Origin: Gammaproteobacteria bacterium
Lineage (GTDB): Bacteria; Pseudomonadota; Gammaproteobacteria; Eutrophobiales; Eutrophobiaceae
Length of the DNA: 64,000 nt
Direction of reading: 5' to 3'
Assembly: GCA_965222155.1 (NCBI GenBank)
Contig: CBDCTH010000012.1
Location: 2,784,001-2,848,000 of the forward strand
The first letter of the stretch is position 1; the number at the start of each line of letters is the position of its first letter. Shown one piece after another: positions 63,663 through 64,000 of the stretch. The notes below the pieces were generated by a model that saw nothing but the letters and a program-made list of their open reading frames with translations, searched no databases and was not told the origin of the DNA. The translations under genes and the position numbers were made by a program.

Positions 63663-64000
63663 GTCGACCCTGAAAAACCCTGTTTCAGGTTGGCATTGAG
63701 GGGGCCGGTAGGGGCGGCAGACAGACAGGCTTGTGGCTCAACAGCGTGCTGGCGCCTGACAGACGAACAGACGCTCTGCGGCAGCCAACCCGCGTAGCCA
63801 AGCCAGTATAAGTATCCTTTTTTTGAGACAAAAAAACCTGAGTCGCCGCAGGATCAAGCGCAGGTTGTGGCCGGCACAACTCAACAGCACATTCAACTGG
63901 TCCCCGTCTGTCCCGTTCAGGTGATTGCGCCCCAACAGCCCATCGGCTTTCAAATGACCGATGACCGGTTCAATTGCCTGGCGGCGCTTGAGCGACCGTT
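63663..64000 (-). mobile_element. IS5-family element, right end and transposase C-terminus (continues beyond the window)
   Basis: KRRQAIEPVIGHLKADGLLGRNHLNG..GD..N.LL..AGHNLR motif; terminal sequence GTCGACCCTGAAAAA at 63663-63677. Confidence 0.85.

Overview
Chromosomal window from a Gammaproteobacterium; a fibronectin-III protein remnant and many small palindromic repeats hint at a host-associated lineage such as a sponge symbiont (inference only). The backbone is housekeeping: etfBA; tkt-gap-pgk-pyk-fba; purC; glnS; pepP with a fused ubiH-ubiI; zapA-6S RNA; ilvA/rpiA; hemF; hisBH; purDH-fis; accCB-aroQ; tlpA-dsbD-cutA; fxsA; trmH. Five accessory zones interrupt it. (1) 1-6.2 kb: a divergent type IV filament cluster (ATPase, platform, three pilin-like proteins with no visible prepilin leader) beside an orphan DNA adenine methyltransferase. 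(2) 11.9-13.9 kb: a DUF45 peptidase, a HigBA-like toxin-antitoxin pair and a structured MITE. (3) 23.5-31 kb: an AT-richer defence island (frameshifted HTH-ImmA/IrrE, DUF4411 PIN protein, type III R-M, DUF5131). (4) 39.9-43.3 kb: a hotspot where ygfB would normally sit, in which identical 19-bp GGGGACACAATACTTAATT repeats bracket cargo, including a Phd-VapC module. (5) 60.4-64 kb: a decayed TIR-less element with a Rep_trans-like transposase next to half a REP doublet, followed by gene remnants and an IS5. The best leads are the leaderless-pilin cluster, the Rep_trans-like element, the 19-bp repeat/cargo system, a nested ~30-bp mobile hairpin, the UbiH-UbiI fusion and an ATA start codon for tkt. 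No rRNA, tRNA or CRISPR array was recognised. All family assignments come from motif recognition by eye, not from database searches.
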